This document shows positions 10,686 to 20,054 of a DNA stretch of 64,000 bases, piece by piece. The DNA is taken from positions 14,985 through 78,984 of the forward strand of contig CAMAWG010000001.1 of the NCBI GenBank assembly GCA_945861855.1, given 5' to 3'. The notes below the pieces were generated by a model that was given only the letters and a program-made list of their open reading frames with translations, did no database searches and was not told the origin of the DNA. Position numbers and translations under genes: made by a program. How positions within the stretch are numbered: position 1 is the stretch's first letter; each line of letters begins with the position of its first letter. The stretch comes from Rhodoplanes serenus (GTDB lineage Bacteria; Pseudomonadota; Alphaproteobacteria; Rhizobiales; Xanthobacteraceae).

Positions 10686-11438
10686 TCACACCATGCTATA
10701 GCCGCCGCTGACGCTGATCACCTGACCCGTGATCCAGCCGCTGCGGGGCGATGCCAGCAGCGCCACGGTCGGCGCGATATCCTCAGGCAGACCCAGCCGC
10801 CGGGTCGGATAAAACCGGATGAGCTTCTCCCGATTGGCCTCCAGCCATTTGGGGTCATGTCCGGTCTCGACCATGCCGAGCGAGACCGTGTTCGCGGTCA
10901 CGCCGGTGCGGCCCATTTCCCGCGCGATCGATTTCATCAGCACCATCGCGCCGGCGCGGGCGGCGCCGACGATCGAGAGCCCGGATTCGCCGACCCGTGA
11001 CGAATCGCCGACAATGGCGATGATCCGCCCGTTGCCGCCCTTTTCAAGATGAGGGGCTGCCGCGTGGCAAAGGTGGATGACGCCCATCAGGTTCACGTCG
11101 ATCTGGCTGCGCCATTCCTCCGGCGTCGTGTCCTTGAACGGCTTCCGGATCGCAAGGCCGGCGTTGCTCACCAGGATGTTCAAGCCGCCGAAATCCGCGA
11201 CAACGCCTTCGATCATGCGCTGCACTGCGGCACGATCCGCGATGTCGGCCTGATAGGCCTTAGCCTTGCCGCCGAGCTTGCAGATTTCCGCGACCACGGC
11301 GTCCGCGTCATCGGCCGAGCTGCGGTGATGGACTGCGACGGTCGCGCCTTCCGCGGCGAGCGTCAGTGCGATCTCGCGCCCGACGTCGCGGGTTCCCCCG
11401 GTAACCAGAGCAACGCGATCCTTGAGCTGCATTTCCAT
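10686..11438 (-). CDS. SDR-family oxidoreductase with atypical catalytic motif
   Basis: Rossmann start VTGGTRDVG, LVSNAG, ITGQVISVSGG; the YxxxK position reads VGAAR. Confidence 0.8.
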   Translation of the reverse strand: MEMQLKDRVALVTGGTRDVGREIALTLAAEGATVAVHHRSSADDADAVVAEICKLGGKAKAYQADIADRAAVQRMIEGVVADFGGLNILVSNAGLAIRKPFKDTTPEEWRSQIDVNLMGVIHLCHAAAPHLEKGGNGRIIAIVGDSSRVGESGLSIVGAARAGAMVLMKSIAREMGRTGVTANTVSLGMVETGHDPKWLEANREKLIRFYPTRRLGLPEDIAPTVALLASPRSGWITGQVISVSGGYSMV

Positions 11439-11549
11439 GGTTGCGCCATCCAGGATGATCGAAGATTAATTGACCGCCGCGCCGGGAACCCGACCCCCGC
11501 ACCGATCGATACCATATCGCCCGGACCGGATCGCCCACGCCGGGCTAAT

Positions 11550-11620
11550 GTGTTGACTCCACCGCGCCAACAATTTCATTATAGTAAAGTCCTTACATAA
11601 TAAAGAACATATATATCAAG
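11550..11620. promoter_or_regulatory. AT-rich divergent promoter between the SDR-lactonase-PadR and Mo-hydroxylase operons, with a candidate repressor site
   Basis: TTGACT at 11554 (+); TATAAT on the minus strand at 11578-11583; imperfect palindrome TTATAGTAA-agtcc-TTACATAA. Confidence 0.45.
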
Positions 11621-11744
11621 GTCGTGCGGGCGGCGCTTTCTGGGTCTTGGCTTCGACAGTGCTAAGGTGCGGCCGGTGTGGCGAGCGGCACAAGGTTGGT
11701 TGAAGCCTGGTCCGGACTTCCATCCAAACGAGGTTGAAAAGTAC

Positions 11745-12626
11745 GTGAAGCCGGCTTGGTTCGATTACTACGCCCCGCATGCACTGGACGAGGCCCTGCA
11801 TCTTCTGGGCGATGCTGGACACGATGGCCGCGTGCTGGCGGGCGGCCAGAGCCTGATGCCCATGCTCAACCTCCGCATCCTAAGCCCCGCCGTCATTGTC
11901 GATATCAATCGCATCGAGGCGCTCAATCGCCTGCACGCCGGAGCGGACGGCCTGACCGTCGGCGCGCTGGTCCGGCACGCCGATCTGTTGCGCAGCCCCG
12001 ATGTGCGCGAGGGATGGCCCTTGCTTTGGGAGGCGACCACCCAGGTTGCCCACATGGCGATCCGCAATCGCGGAACCGTTTGCGGCAGCGTCTCGCATAA
12101 CGATCCATCGGCGGAGCATCCGAGCGTTCTGGTCACGATGGGCGGCACCGTCATCGTCGCGGGCACCGCGGGCCACCGCGAGCTGCCGGCGGAGGCGTTC
12201 TTCACCGGCGCGCTGTCGAACGCTCTTGAGCCGGGTGAGATGGTCGTGGAGTTGCGCTATCCGCGGCAGCCCACCGGCACCGGAACGGCGTTTGTGGAGT
12301 TCGCCCGGCGGCTCGGCGACTTCGCCATTGCCGGCGCAGCCGCCATGCTGACGATCCGTGACGGGATATGCGAGAGGGCGCGGTTGACCGTCGTCGGCAT
12401 GGGCGATGGCCCGCTTCGGCTTCGTGCCGTCGAAGAGATGCTGACGGCGCATGCGCTGGGCCAGAAGGAGGCTCAGGACGCGTTCGCAGAAGCGGCCGCG
12501 ATGGTTGTCGCGGCGGTCGATCCCACCGACGACGTCCACGCATCGGCAGCCTACCGGCGGCATCTGGCGGGCGTCATGGCGGCGCAGGCGCTGGAAACGG
12601 CGCTGGCGCGGGCAGGAGGAAGCTAG
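11745..12626 (+). CDS. Molybdenum hydroxylase FAD-binding subunit (CoxM/XdhB-like)
   Basis: GTG start giving MKPAWFDY; LAGGQSLMPMLNLR, AIRNRGTVCGS, RRLGDFA, DVHASAAYRR. Confidence 0.9.
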   Translation: MKPAWFDYYAPHALDEALHLLGDAGHDGRVLAGGQSLMPMLNLRILSPAVIVDINRIEALNRLHAGADGLTVGALVRHADLLRSPDVREGWPLLWEATTQVAHMAIRNRGTVCGSVSHNDPSAEHPSVLVTMGGTVIVAGTAGHRELPAEAFFTGALSNALEPGEMVVELRYPRQPTGTGTAFVEFARRLGDFAIAGAAAMLTIRDGICERARLTVVGMGDGPLRLRAVEEMLTAHALGQKEAQDAFAEAAAMVVAAVDPTDDVHASAAYRRHLAGVMAAQALETALARAGGS

Positions 12627-12627
12627 T

Positions 12628-13107
12628 TTGGCCAGAGAGCAGCAAATCAAGCTGACCGTGAACGGCAGGTCTTACGAGAAGACCGTGCCGGCTCGTCTGT
12701 CGCTGGCGGACTTCCTGCGCGACCATCTTCATCTTACCGGTACGCATCTTGGTTGCGAGCATGGCGTCTGCGGCGCCTGCACCATCTCGATGAATGGCCG
12801 CAGCGCGCGCTCGTGTCTCGCGCTGGCGGTGCAGGCCGATGGCGCCGAAATCGTCACTATCGAGGGGCTGCGGGCGGAAGACGGCACGCGCCATCCCATG
12901 CAGCAGCTCTTCCTCGAGAATTTCGCCTTGCAGTGCGGCTATTGCACGCCGGGCTTCCTCATCACGGCGATCGAGCTGCTGCGGGACAATCCCAAACCCA
13001 CCGAGCATGAGGTGCGCGAAGCCATCTCCGGCAACCTGTGCCGTTGCAGCGGCTATCAGGCCATCGTCGATGCCATTCTGGCGGCGTCCCGCCTGGAGCT
13101 CGCGTGA
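12628..13107 (+). CDS. Molybdenum hydroxylase 2x[2Fe-2S] subunit (CoxS-like)
   Basis: TTG start with AGGAGG; GCEHGVCGAC...SC, QCGYCTPG, NLCRCSGY. Confidence 0.92.
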   Translation: MAREQQIKLTVNGRSYEKTVPARLSLADFLRDHLHLTGTHLGCEHGVCGACTISMNGRSARSCLALAVQADGAEIVTIEGLRAEDGTRHPMQQLFLENFALQCGYCTPGFLITAIELLRDNPKPTEHEVREAISGNLCRCSGYQAIVDAILAASRLELA

Positions 13108-15473
13108 TGTCGGATGCGCGCTTCGTCAATCAGAGGATGGTCGGGTCGTCGGTGATCCCCGACGAGGCGATCCCGCTGGTCGAGGGCGATGGCCGTTTCC
13201 TCAACGACATCAAGCTGCCGGGCATGTATCATGTGGCGTTCCTGCGCAGCCAGCATGCCCATGCCCGCCTCATCGCGGTCGACGCGAGCGAGGCGCGGAA
13301 GCTGCCCGGCGTCATCAAGGTGCTCACGGGTCAGGAACTGCTGGGCAAGGTCGATCCGTTCCGCAGCATGCCGAACCGTTTCTCCGGCGGCGAATCGATC
13401 CAGCACTGGCTCGCGGTCGACAAGGTGCGGTTCTGCGGCGAGGCGATCTGCGCGGTCGTTGCCGAGGATCGCGCCACCGCCGAGGACGCGGTGGACCTCA
13501 TCAAGGTCGACTACGATCCGCTGCCGGCGGTGACGGACCCGCGCCTGGGCGAGCTGGACGGCGCGCCGCTCGTGCACGAGGCTTGCGCAAACAACTATCT
13601 CATCAAGCGCGAATACGAGCGTGGAAACGTGGACGAGATATTCCGCGACGCCCACACCGTGGTGAAGCGAAAGTTCAAGATCGGCCGCAAGCAGGCGCTG
13701 TGCCTGGAAGGGCGCGGCTGCGTGGCCGGCTATCGGGAAAACACCTTCACGCTCACCGTGTGGATGAGCCACCAGCTTCCCTATGTGGTGCGGCACTATC
13801 TCGCCAAGCATCTGCGCATGGCGGAGACCGATGTCCGCGTCATCATCCCGCACACCGGCGGCGGCTTCGGCCAGAAGGCGTCGATCTATCCGGAAGAGTT
13901 CGTCTGCGCGCATCTCGCGCTGACGCTGCGCCGTCCGGTGAAGTGGGTGGAAGATCGCATCGAGAACATGGTCGCCTCCACCCATGCCCGAGACCAGACC
14001 ATCGAACTGGAGCTTGCGGCGGACAAGGACGGCCACATCCTCGCGATCAGCTCCGATATCTGGGTCGATGTCGGCGCCTACTCCACCTATCTCTGGTCGG
14101 CGGGCATGGAGCCGCTGCAGACCGCGGGACTTATGCCCGGACCCTACAGGATCGGAGCCATGCGCTATCGCACGCGCGGCGTGGCCACCAACAAGACTCC
14201 GGTCGGGCCTTATCGCGCGGTCGGCCGCCCGTCCGCGTCGGCGTCGCTGGAACTGCTGATCGACGAGATGGCGCGCAAGCTGAAGCTCGATCCGGTGGAG
14301 GTGCGCCTGCGCAACCTCATCTCGGAGGAGGCGATGCCCTACCGCAGCGCCAACAATCTCGTGCATGACAACGTGAACTACATTCCCTGCCTGAAGCTCT
14401 CGGTCTTGAAGTCGGACTATGACCGTCAGCGCGCCGAGCAGCGTGAGGCCTTGGCCAGCGGCAAGCTTCGCGGCATCGGCGTCGCCTGCTTCGCGGAGCT
14501 CACCGGCCTCGGCACCAGCACGGCGGTCGGCCCCGGAACGCTGCTGCAGCCCGGCCGCGATGCCGCGACGCTTCGGCTGGAGACATCAGGCGTCCTCACC
14601 ATCGCCGCCGCGCTGCCGTCGCAGGGCCAGCGCATCATGACCGCGATGCGGCAGGTGGCATCCGACGAGCTCGGCATCAAGCTCGAGGACATCACCAGCA
14701 TCACCAACGACACCGCCACGGCGCCCTATGGCTTCGGTACCTTTGCGTCGCGCACCGCCGTGTTCGGCAGCGGTGCCGTCATCATGGCTGCTCGGGAACT
14801 GCGGAAGCGGCTGCTCGCGATGGCCGCTTTCCTGCTCAAGGTCCCGGTCGAGGACCTCACCATCGTCAACAGCGTGATCCAGACGGTCGACCGCTCCAGG
14901 AGCATCTCGCTCCGCGACATGGCGGAAAAGAGCTACTTTTCCGCGAAGGACATTCCGCAAGAGCTCAATCAGGGCTTCGAGGTCACGTCTTTCTACGACC
15001 CCAAATTCGGCAGCTTCGCCGCCGGCGCCCATGTTGTCGTGGTGGACGTCGATCCGAAAACCGGCCACGTCGAGATCGTGCGCTACGTTGCCACGGAAGA
15101 CGTCGGCACCGTCATCAACCCCGCGGTTGTCGAGGGCCAGATCGTCGGCGGCATCGCCCAGGGCATCGGCGAGGCGCTGCTGGAGGAGCTCGTCTACGAC
15201 GACGCCGGGCAGCCGCGCACGGTCACCCTGGCCGATTATCTGATCCCCTCCGCCTTGGAAATTCCGCGAATTGAGCTGCATCATGCCAACACGCCGTCCG
15301 CGGCGCTGGGCGGCTTCAAGGGCTGCGGCGAAGGCTCGATCATCGGCGCTCTCGGCGCGGTGGCCTGTGCGATATCGGATGCGCTGAGCCGCAAGGGTGG
15401 CGACATCCACAGCTTCCCGGCGACCCCGGAGCGGGTGCTGAAGGGTTTGGGCGTGCTGCCGGGCGATGCCTGA
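13107..15473 (+). CDS. Molybdenum hydroxylase molybdopterin subunit (CoxL/XdhA-like; not form I CO dehydrogenase)
   Basis: TGATG coupling; GGGFGQK, GPYRAVGRP active-site loop, GTFASR, GQIVGG, KGCGEG (catalytic Glu). Confidence 0.9.
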   Translation: MSDARFVNQRMVGSSVIPDEAIPLVEGDGRFLNDIKLPGMYHVAFLRSQHAHARLIAVDASEARKLPGVIKVLTGQELLGKVDPFRSMPNRFSGGESIQHWLAVDKVRFCGEAICAVVAEDRATAEDAVDLIKVDYDPLPAVTDPRLGELDGAPLVHEACANNYLIKREYERGNVDEIFRDAHTVVKRKFKIGRKQALCLEGRGCVAGYRENTFTLTVWMSHQLPYVVRHYLAKHLRMAETDVRVIIPHTGGGFGQKASIYPEEFVCAHLALTLRRPVKWVEDRIENMVASTHARDQTIELELAADKDGHILAISSDIWVDVGAYSTYLWSAGMEPLQTAGLMPGPYRIGAMRYRTRGVATNKTPVGPYRAVGRPSASASLELLIDEMARKLKLDPVEVRLRNLISEEAMPYRSANNLVHDNVNYIPCLKLSVLKSDYDRQRAEQREALASGKLRGIGVACFAELTGLGTSTAVGPGTLLQPGRDAATLRLETSGVLTIAAALPSQGQRIMTAMRQVASDELGIKLEDITSITNDTATAPYGFGTFASRTAVFGSGAVIMAARELRKRLLAMAAFLLKVPVEDLTIVNSVIQTVDRSRSISLRDMAEKSYFSAKDIPQELNQGFEVTSFYDPKFGSFAAGAHVVVVDVDPKTGHVEIVRYVATEDVGTVINPAVVEGQIVGGIAQGIGEALLEELVYDDAGQPRTVTLADYLIPSALEIPRIELHHANTPSAALGGFKGCGEGSIIGALGAVACAISDALSRKGGDIHSFPATPERVLKGLGVLPGDA

Positions 15474-15494
15474 GTTCGGATCGGAGTGAATGCC

Positions 15495-16883
15495 ATGCAG
15501 ATGGATTGCCGGGGACTTCCGATCACCACGTCCAGCGCCGACGCGGCCAAGGCCATCGATCTGGCCATAAAGTCCTACATGGATTACGGGACGACGGCTG
15601 GCGCCGGCATCAAGACCGCGCTGGAGCACGACCCGGCCTGCGTGCTCGCGCTTTGCATCCGCGGCTATTTCTTCCTGATGCTGGAGAACAAGGCGCTGCT
15701 GCCGCGCGTCAAGCAGACGCTGGACGAGATCAAGCCGCATCTCGGCGCGGCGACGAAGCGCGAGCAGCTCCACGTCAAGGCGCTGGAGGCGTGGGCGGCC
15801 GGCGACATCATGGGCGCCTGCGCGCGTTGGGAGGAGATCCTGACGGAGTCTCCGCTCGACCTGCTGGCGCTCAAGCTTCACCACACCATGACCTTCTACA
15901 CCGGCCGCAGCCAGGTCATGCGATCGGTCGCGGCAAGTGTCCTGGGAGAATGGAGCGACAAGGCTCCGGAATACGGCTGCGTGCAGGGCATGTACGCCTA
16001 CGCGCTGGAAGAATGCGGCGCCTATGACGAGGCCGAGCGGTGGGGCCGGCAGGCGGTCGAGCGCAATCCCGGCGATCTCTGGGCGCTGCATTCGGTGGCG
16101 CATGTGCTGGAGATGCAGGGCCGCTCCAAGGAAGGCGTTAAATGGCTCGACTACACGCCGGAGCAATGGGCGCAGAAAAATCCGTTCAAGGCCCACATCT
16201 GGTGGCACAGCGCGCTGTTCATGCTGGCCCAGGGCGAGAACGATCGGGCGCTGGACCTCTACGACAAGTCGCTCTGCTCGGTGAATTCCGAGCAGTATGT
16301 CGACGTGTCGAACCAGGCCGCGCTGCTGAAGCGCATCGAGTTGAGCGGCGTCGATATCGGCGATCGCTGGAAGGCGCTGGCCGAGCACTCGGAAAAGCGC
16401 ATCCACGACCACATGCTGCCGTTCCGCGATGCGCATTTTTCCCTGGCGCTCGCCGCGGGCGGGAGCTTTGATGCGGCGCGCAAGCACGTCGAGTCGATGG
16501 CGGCGTTTTCCGCGCAGGGCGACGGCTGGCGCGCCGAGGCCACGCGGGATATCGTCATTCCCCTGTGCGAGGGGATGATCGCCTACGAGGCCGGCGACTA
16601 CGACAAGGCGACCGATCTGTTCTGGCCGCTGCGCAACGAGATGTCGATCATCGGCGGCAGCCATGCGCAGCGCGATCTGTTCGCGCAGATCATGTGTGAC
16701 GCAGCGGTGCACTCAAGCAGGCTGCCGGTGGCGCGCAGCCTGCTGTCGGAGCGCGTGCTGAGCCGCGGCACCAGGAAGCAGAATTGGCAGGACTACGCCA
16801 AGGTGCTGGCCGCGCTGGGCGAAACCGAGCGCGCCGAAGCCGCGCGCAAGCAGGCCGGGATCGCGCACGAATCCGGTGCATGA
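15495..16883 (+). CDS. TTC38-like tetratricopeptide repeat protein
   Basis: [39 protein letters not shown], motifs I recall as TTC38-family. Confidence 0.8.
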   Translation: MQMDCRGLPITTSSADAAKAIDLAIKSYMDYGTTAGAGIKTALEHDPACVLALCIRGYFFLMLENKALLPRVKQTLDEIKPHLGAATKREQLHVKALEAWAAGDIMGACARWEEILTESPLDLLALKLHHTMTFYTGRSQVMRSVAASVLGEWSDKAPEYGCVQGMYAYALEECGAYDEAERWGRQAVERNPGDLWALHSVAHVLEMQGRSKEGVKWLDYTPEQWAQKNPFKAHIWWHSALFMLAQGENDRALDLYDKSLCSVNSEQYVDVSNQAALLKRIELSGVDIGDRWKALAEHSEKRIHDHMLPFRDAHFSLALAAGGSFDAARKHVESMAAFSAQGDGWRAEATRDIVIPLCEGMIAYEAGDYDKATDLFWPLRNEMSIIGGSHAQRDLFAQIMCDAAVHSSRLPVARSLLSERVLSRGTRKQNWQDYAKVLAALGETERAEAARKQAGIAHESGA

Positions 16884-16902
16884 TGAATTCCAGGAGATCG
16901 AC

Positions 16903-18126
16903 ATGAACATGATGGCGTTGCCCAAGAAGGTCGAAACCGTACCCTCCAACAAGTATGGCACCTTTCAGTGGGAGGATCCGCTTTTGCTGGAAAGCCAGCT
17001 CAGCGACGAAGAGCGCGCGATCCGGGATACGGCGCGCAGCTATTGCCAGAAAAAGTTGATGCCTCGAATCCTGATGGCGAGCCGCAACGAGGAATTCGAC
17101 CGCAACATCATCACCGAGTTCGGCGAGCTCGGCCTGCTCGGACCGACGCTGCCGGAAAAATACGGCGGCGGCGGCACCAGCTACGTCGTCTACGGCCTGG
17201 TCGCGCGAGAGACCGAGCGCGTCGACTCCTGCTACCGCTCGGCGATGAGCGTGCAGAGCTCGCTCGTCATGCATCCGATCTATGCCTACGGCACCGAAGA
17301 GCAGCGGATGAAGTACCTGCCCAAGCTTGCCAGCGGCGAGTGGGTCGGCTGCTTCGGCCTGACCGAGCCGGATCATGGCTCCGATCCGGGCTCGATGGTC
17401 ACGCGGGCGAAATCCGTCGCCGGCGGCTTCCGCATGACCGGCGCCAAGATGTGGATCACCAATTCGCCGATCGCCGATGTGTTCGTTATCTGGGCCAAGA
17501 CCGACGACGGCGTCATCCGCGGCTTCGTGCTAGAAAAGGGAATGAAGGGCCTGTCCGCGCCGCGCATCGAGGGCAAGCTGAGCCTGCGTGCGTCGATCAC
17601 CGGCGAGATCGTCATGGAGGACGTGTTCGTGCCGGCGGAGAACCTGCTGCCGAACGTGACCGGGCTCGCCGGCCCGTTCGGCTGCCTTAACCGCGCCCGC
17701 TTCGGCATTTCATGGGGCGCGATGGGCGCCGCGGAGTTCTGCTGGCACGCCGCCCGCCAGTACACGCTCGACCGCAAGCAGTTCGGCCGGCCGCTCGCCG
17801 CCAATCAGCTCATGCAGAAGAAGCTCGCCGATATGCAGACCGAGATCACGCTCGGCCTGAACGCCTGCCTGACGGCGGGCCGGCTGTTCGACGCCGGCAA
17901 GCTCGCGCCCGAGGCGATCTCGCTGCTCAAGCGCAACAACTGCGGCAAGGCGCTGGACATCGCCCGCATGGCCCGCGATATGCACGGCGGCAACGGCGTC
18001 AGCGACGAGTTCCACGTCATGCGCCATCTGGTGAACCTGGAGACGGTCAACACCTACGAGGGCACCCACGACGTTCATGCGCTGATCCTCGGCCGCGCGC
18101 AGACGGGGATACAGGCGTTCTTCTGA
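16903..18126 (+). CDS. gcdH: Glutaryl-CoA dehydrogenase
   Basis: [67 protein letters not shown]; AGGAG RBS. Confidence 0.93.
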   Translation: MNMMALPKKVETVPSNKYGTFQWEDPLLLESQLSDEERAIRDTARSYCQKKLMPRILMASRNEEFDRNIITEFGELGLLGPTLPEKYGGGGTSYVVYGLVARETERVDSCYRSAMSVQSSLVMHPIYAYGTEEQRMKYLPKLASGEWVGCFGLTEPDHGSDPGSMVTRAKSVAGGFRMTGAKMWITNSPIADVFVIWAKTDDGVIRGFVLEKGMKGLSAPRIEGKLSLRASITGEIVMEDVFVPAENLLPNVTGLAGPFGCLNRARFGISWGAMGAAEFCWHAARQYTLDRKQFGRPLAANQLMQKKLADMQTEITLGLNACLTAGRLFDAGKLAPEAISLLKRNNCGKALDIARMARDMHGGNGVSDEFHVMRHLVNLETVNTYEGTHDVHALILGRAQTGIQAFF

Positions 18127-18138
18127 GGAGATGTCGCC

Positions 18139-20052
18139 TTAGCTACAGCAGCGGCACCGCATGGCGAAGGCCACACGTTCCTCCTCGGTCAACTTCTCGT
18201 CGCCGACATTGGAAGCCTGCGGCTGCGCTGTCGTGGGGAACGGGATGATCACCTCGGAGATCGGCTCGTCATGCGGCAGGCCCTGCTGCTTCATGCTGGC
18301 GCGGCGGGCTTGCGTCGCTTCGATGTCGAGCTTGAGCGAATCCGGCCGGAGCACCGCGCCGTAATATTTCTCCGCGGCCTCCCGGGTGACGTAGCCGCAG
18401 CGCACGTCGTGCTCGAGCGTTGCGAGATCGCGCTCCAGCGGCGAGCCATAACCGCCGCCGCCGCCGGAGCGGATGATGTAGGCGTCGCCCGGCTGCAGCA
18501 CCTGGTTGAGCGCCTTGGCGCTGGGGACATGCGTCTCGTCGGTCTTGCCGTAGCGGTGCACCGCGACCGCGTTGCCCGAGCCCGACATGCCGCCGAACAG
18601 CCCCCAGGGCTTGCAGCGCGCGCGCTCCATCAGCGAGCTGAAGCGGATCGGGTGGCGCGCCTGCACCACCTGTTCCGCGCCGAGGCCGCCGCGGAATTTT
18701 CCGGCGCCGCCGGAATCCGGCCGCAGGCAATAGCGCTCCACCAGCAGCGGATACTTGGCCTCGACCTGCTCGGAGGGGCCGTTGTGGGTGTCGCCGTCGT
18801 TCATCGCGATGACGGTGTTGCGGCCGTCGCTGTTGTACTTGGCGCCCCAGCCGCCGCCGATCAGCCCGCCCAGATAGATATAGAAGCTGTCGTCCTTTGG
18901 CCGGCGGCCGTTGATGCGTCCGACGCAGAGGTCGGCGTGATGACCGGCTATCACCTGGTTGGGCAGGGCAGGGGCCAGCGCCTTGAAGATCGTGTCGACG
19001 ATGGTCATGGGATAGGTCATCCACATCCGCATCGCCGCGGGCTTTACTGCACTCACCACGCGGCCGGGGGGCAGCACGATGTCGAGCGCGCGAAACTGGC
19101 CCTCGTTAATCGGCAGGTCCAGCGCCGAGGTCAGGCACTTGAACGCCACCTGCGCGCAGGAGTAGCCGGCTGTGATGCCGGAGTTGTAGAAACCCTGCAC
19201 CTGCTTCGATACGCCGGTGAGATCGACCGTCATCTTGTCGCCTGCGACGACGACCTTGACGTTGATAGGCACGCGCTGGCCGACATTGATCCCGTCGTCG
19301 TCCATGAACGATTCGGCCTCGTAGACGCCGTCGGGCATGGCGCGCACCCGCTCGCGCGCCACCGCCTCGCTCTGGTCCATGATGGCCTCGATGCCGCCCA
19401 GCACGGCGTCGCGGCCGTACTTGTGCATCATGTCCATGAAGCGCTTTTCGCCGGTCTTCACGGCGGCAAGCTGGGCGCGGAAATCGCCCATCGCGCGCTC
19501 GGGCAGCCGGACGTTCATCTTGATCAGCTCGATCAGCTCCTCGTTCGGCACGCCCTTGCGATGGATCTTCACCATCGGCATCTGCAGGCCTTCGGAGTAG
19601 ATGTCCGTGGTGCCCTCGACGATGGTTCCGCCGACGTCGGGCCAGTGCGCCATGCAGCAGGAGAAGCCGACCAGCTCGCCCTCATGGAAGATCGGCACCG
19701 AGAACGTCATATGATTGAGGTGCGAGCCGGTGATGTAGGCGTCGTTGGTGAGCAGGATGTCGCCCGGATCGATGTTTTCCGGGCCGAAGTGCTTGAGCTT
19801 GGCCCGCACCGTCTCGCTCATGCCCCGGATGAACATCGGCAGGCCCAATCCGATCGATACGATGTTGCCGCGCGCGTCGAACAGGCCGACGGTGAAGTCC
19901 AGCGCCTCGTAGATGATCATGTTGTAGGCCGTGCGCATGAGGTTGATCTTCATCTCCTCGGTCACGGCGACGAGGCCGTTGCGCACGATTTCGGTGACGA
20001 CCGGATTGGCGCCGGCGGCGGTCTTCGATTTTGCCTTCACGATGTCGTCCAT
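18139..20052 (-). CDS. Hydantoinase B / oxoprolinase family protein (copy 1) with C-terminal CRCC tail
   Basis: LMRTAYNMIIYEALDF, NDAYITGSHLNH, AHWPDVGG, DSGGAGKFRGG, SGGGGGYG; ends EEERVAFAMRCRCCS. Confidence 0.9.
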   Translation of the reverse strand: MDDIVKAKSKTAAGANPVVTEIVRNGLVAVTEEMKINLMRTAYNMIIYEALDFTVGLFDARGNIVSIGLGLPMFIRGMSETVRAKLKHFGPENIDPGDILLTNDAYITGSHLNHMTFSVPIFHEGELVGFSCCMAHWPDVGGTIVEGTTDIYSEGLQMPMVKIHRKGVPNEELIELIKMNVRLPERAMGDFRAQLAAVKTGEKRFMDMMHKYGRDAVLGGIEAIMDQSEAVARERVRAMPDGVYEAESFMDDDGINVGQRVPINVKVVVAGDKMTVDLTGVSKQVQGFYNSGITAGYSCAQVAFKCLTSALDLPINEGQFRALDIVLPPGRVVSAVKPAAMRMWMTYPMTIVDTIFKALAPALPNQVIAGHHADLCVGRINGRRPKDDSFYIYLGGLIGGGWGAKYNSDGRNTVIAMNDGDTHNGPSEQVEAKYPLLVERYCLRPDSGGAGKFRGGLGAEQVVQARHPIRFSSLMERARCKPWGLFGGMSGSGNAVAVHRYGKTDETHVPSAKALNQVLQPGDAYIIRSGGGGGYGSPLERDLATLEHDVRCGYVTREAAEKYYGAVLRPDSLKLDIEATQARRASMKQQGLPHDEPISEVIIPFPTTAQPQASNVGDEKLTEEERVAFAMRCRCCS

Positions 20053-20054
20053 CG

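Noticed and set aside
13107-15473. Aerobic CO dehydrogenase (coxL)
   Set aside because: The active-site loop is PYRAVGR with no Cu-binding Cys (AYxCSFR), and there are no coxDEFG accessory genes.
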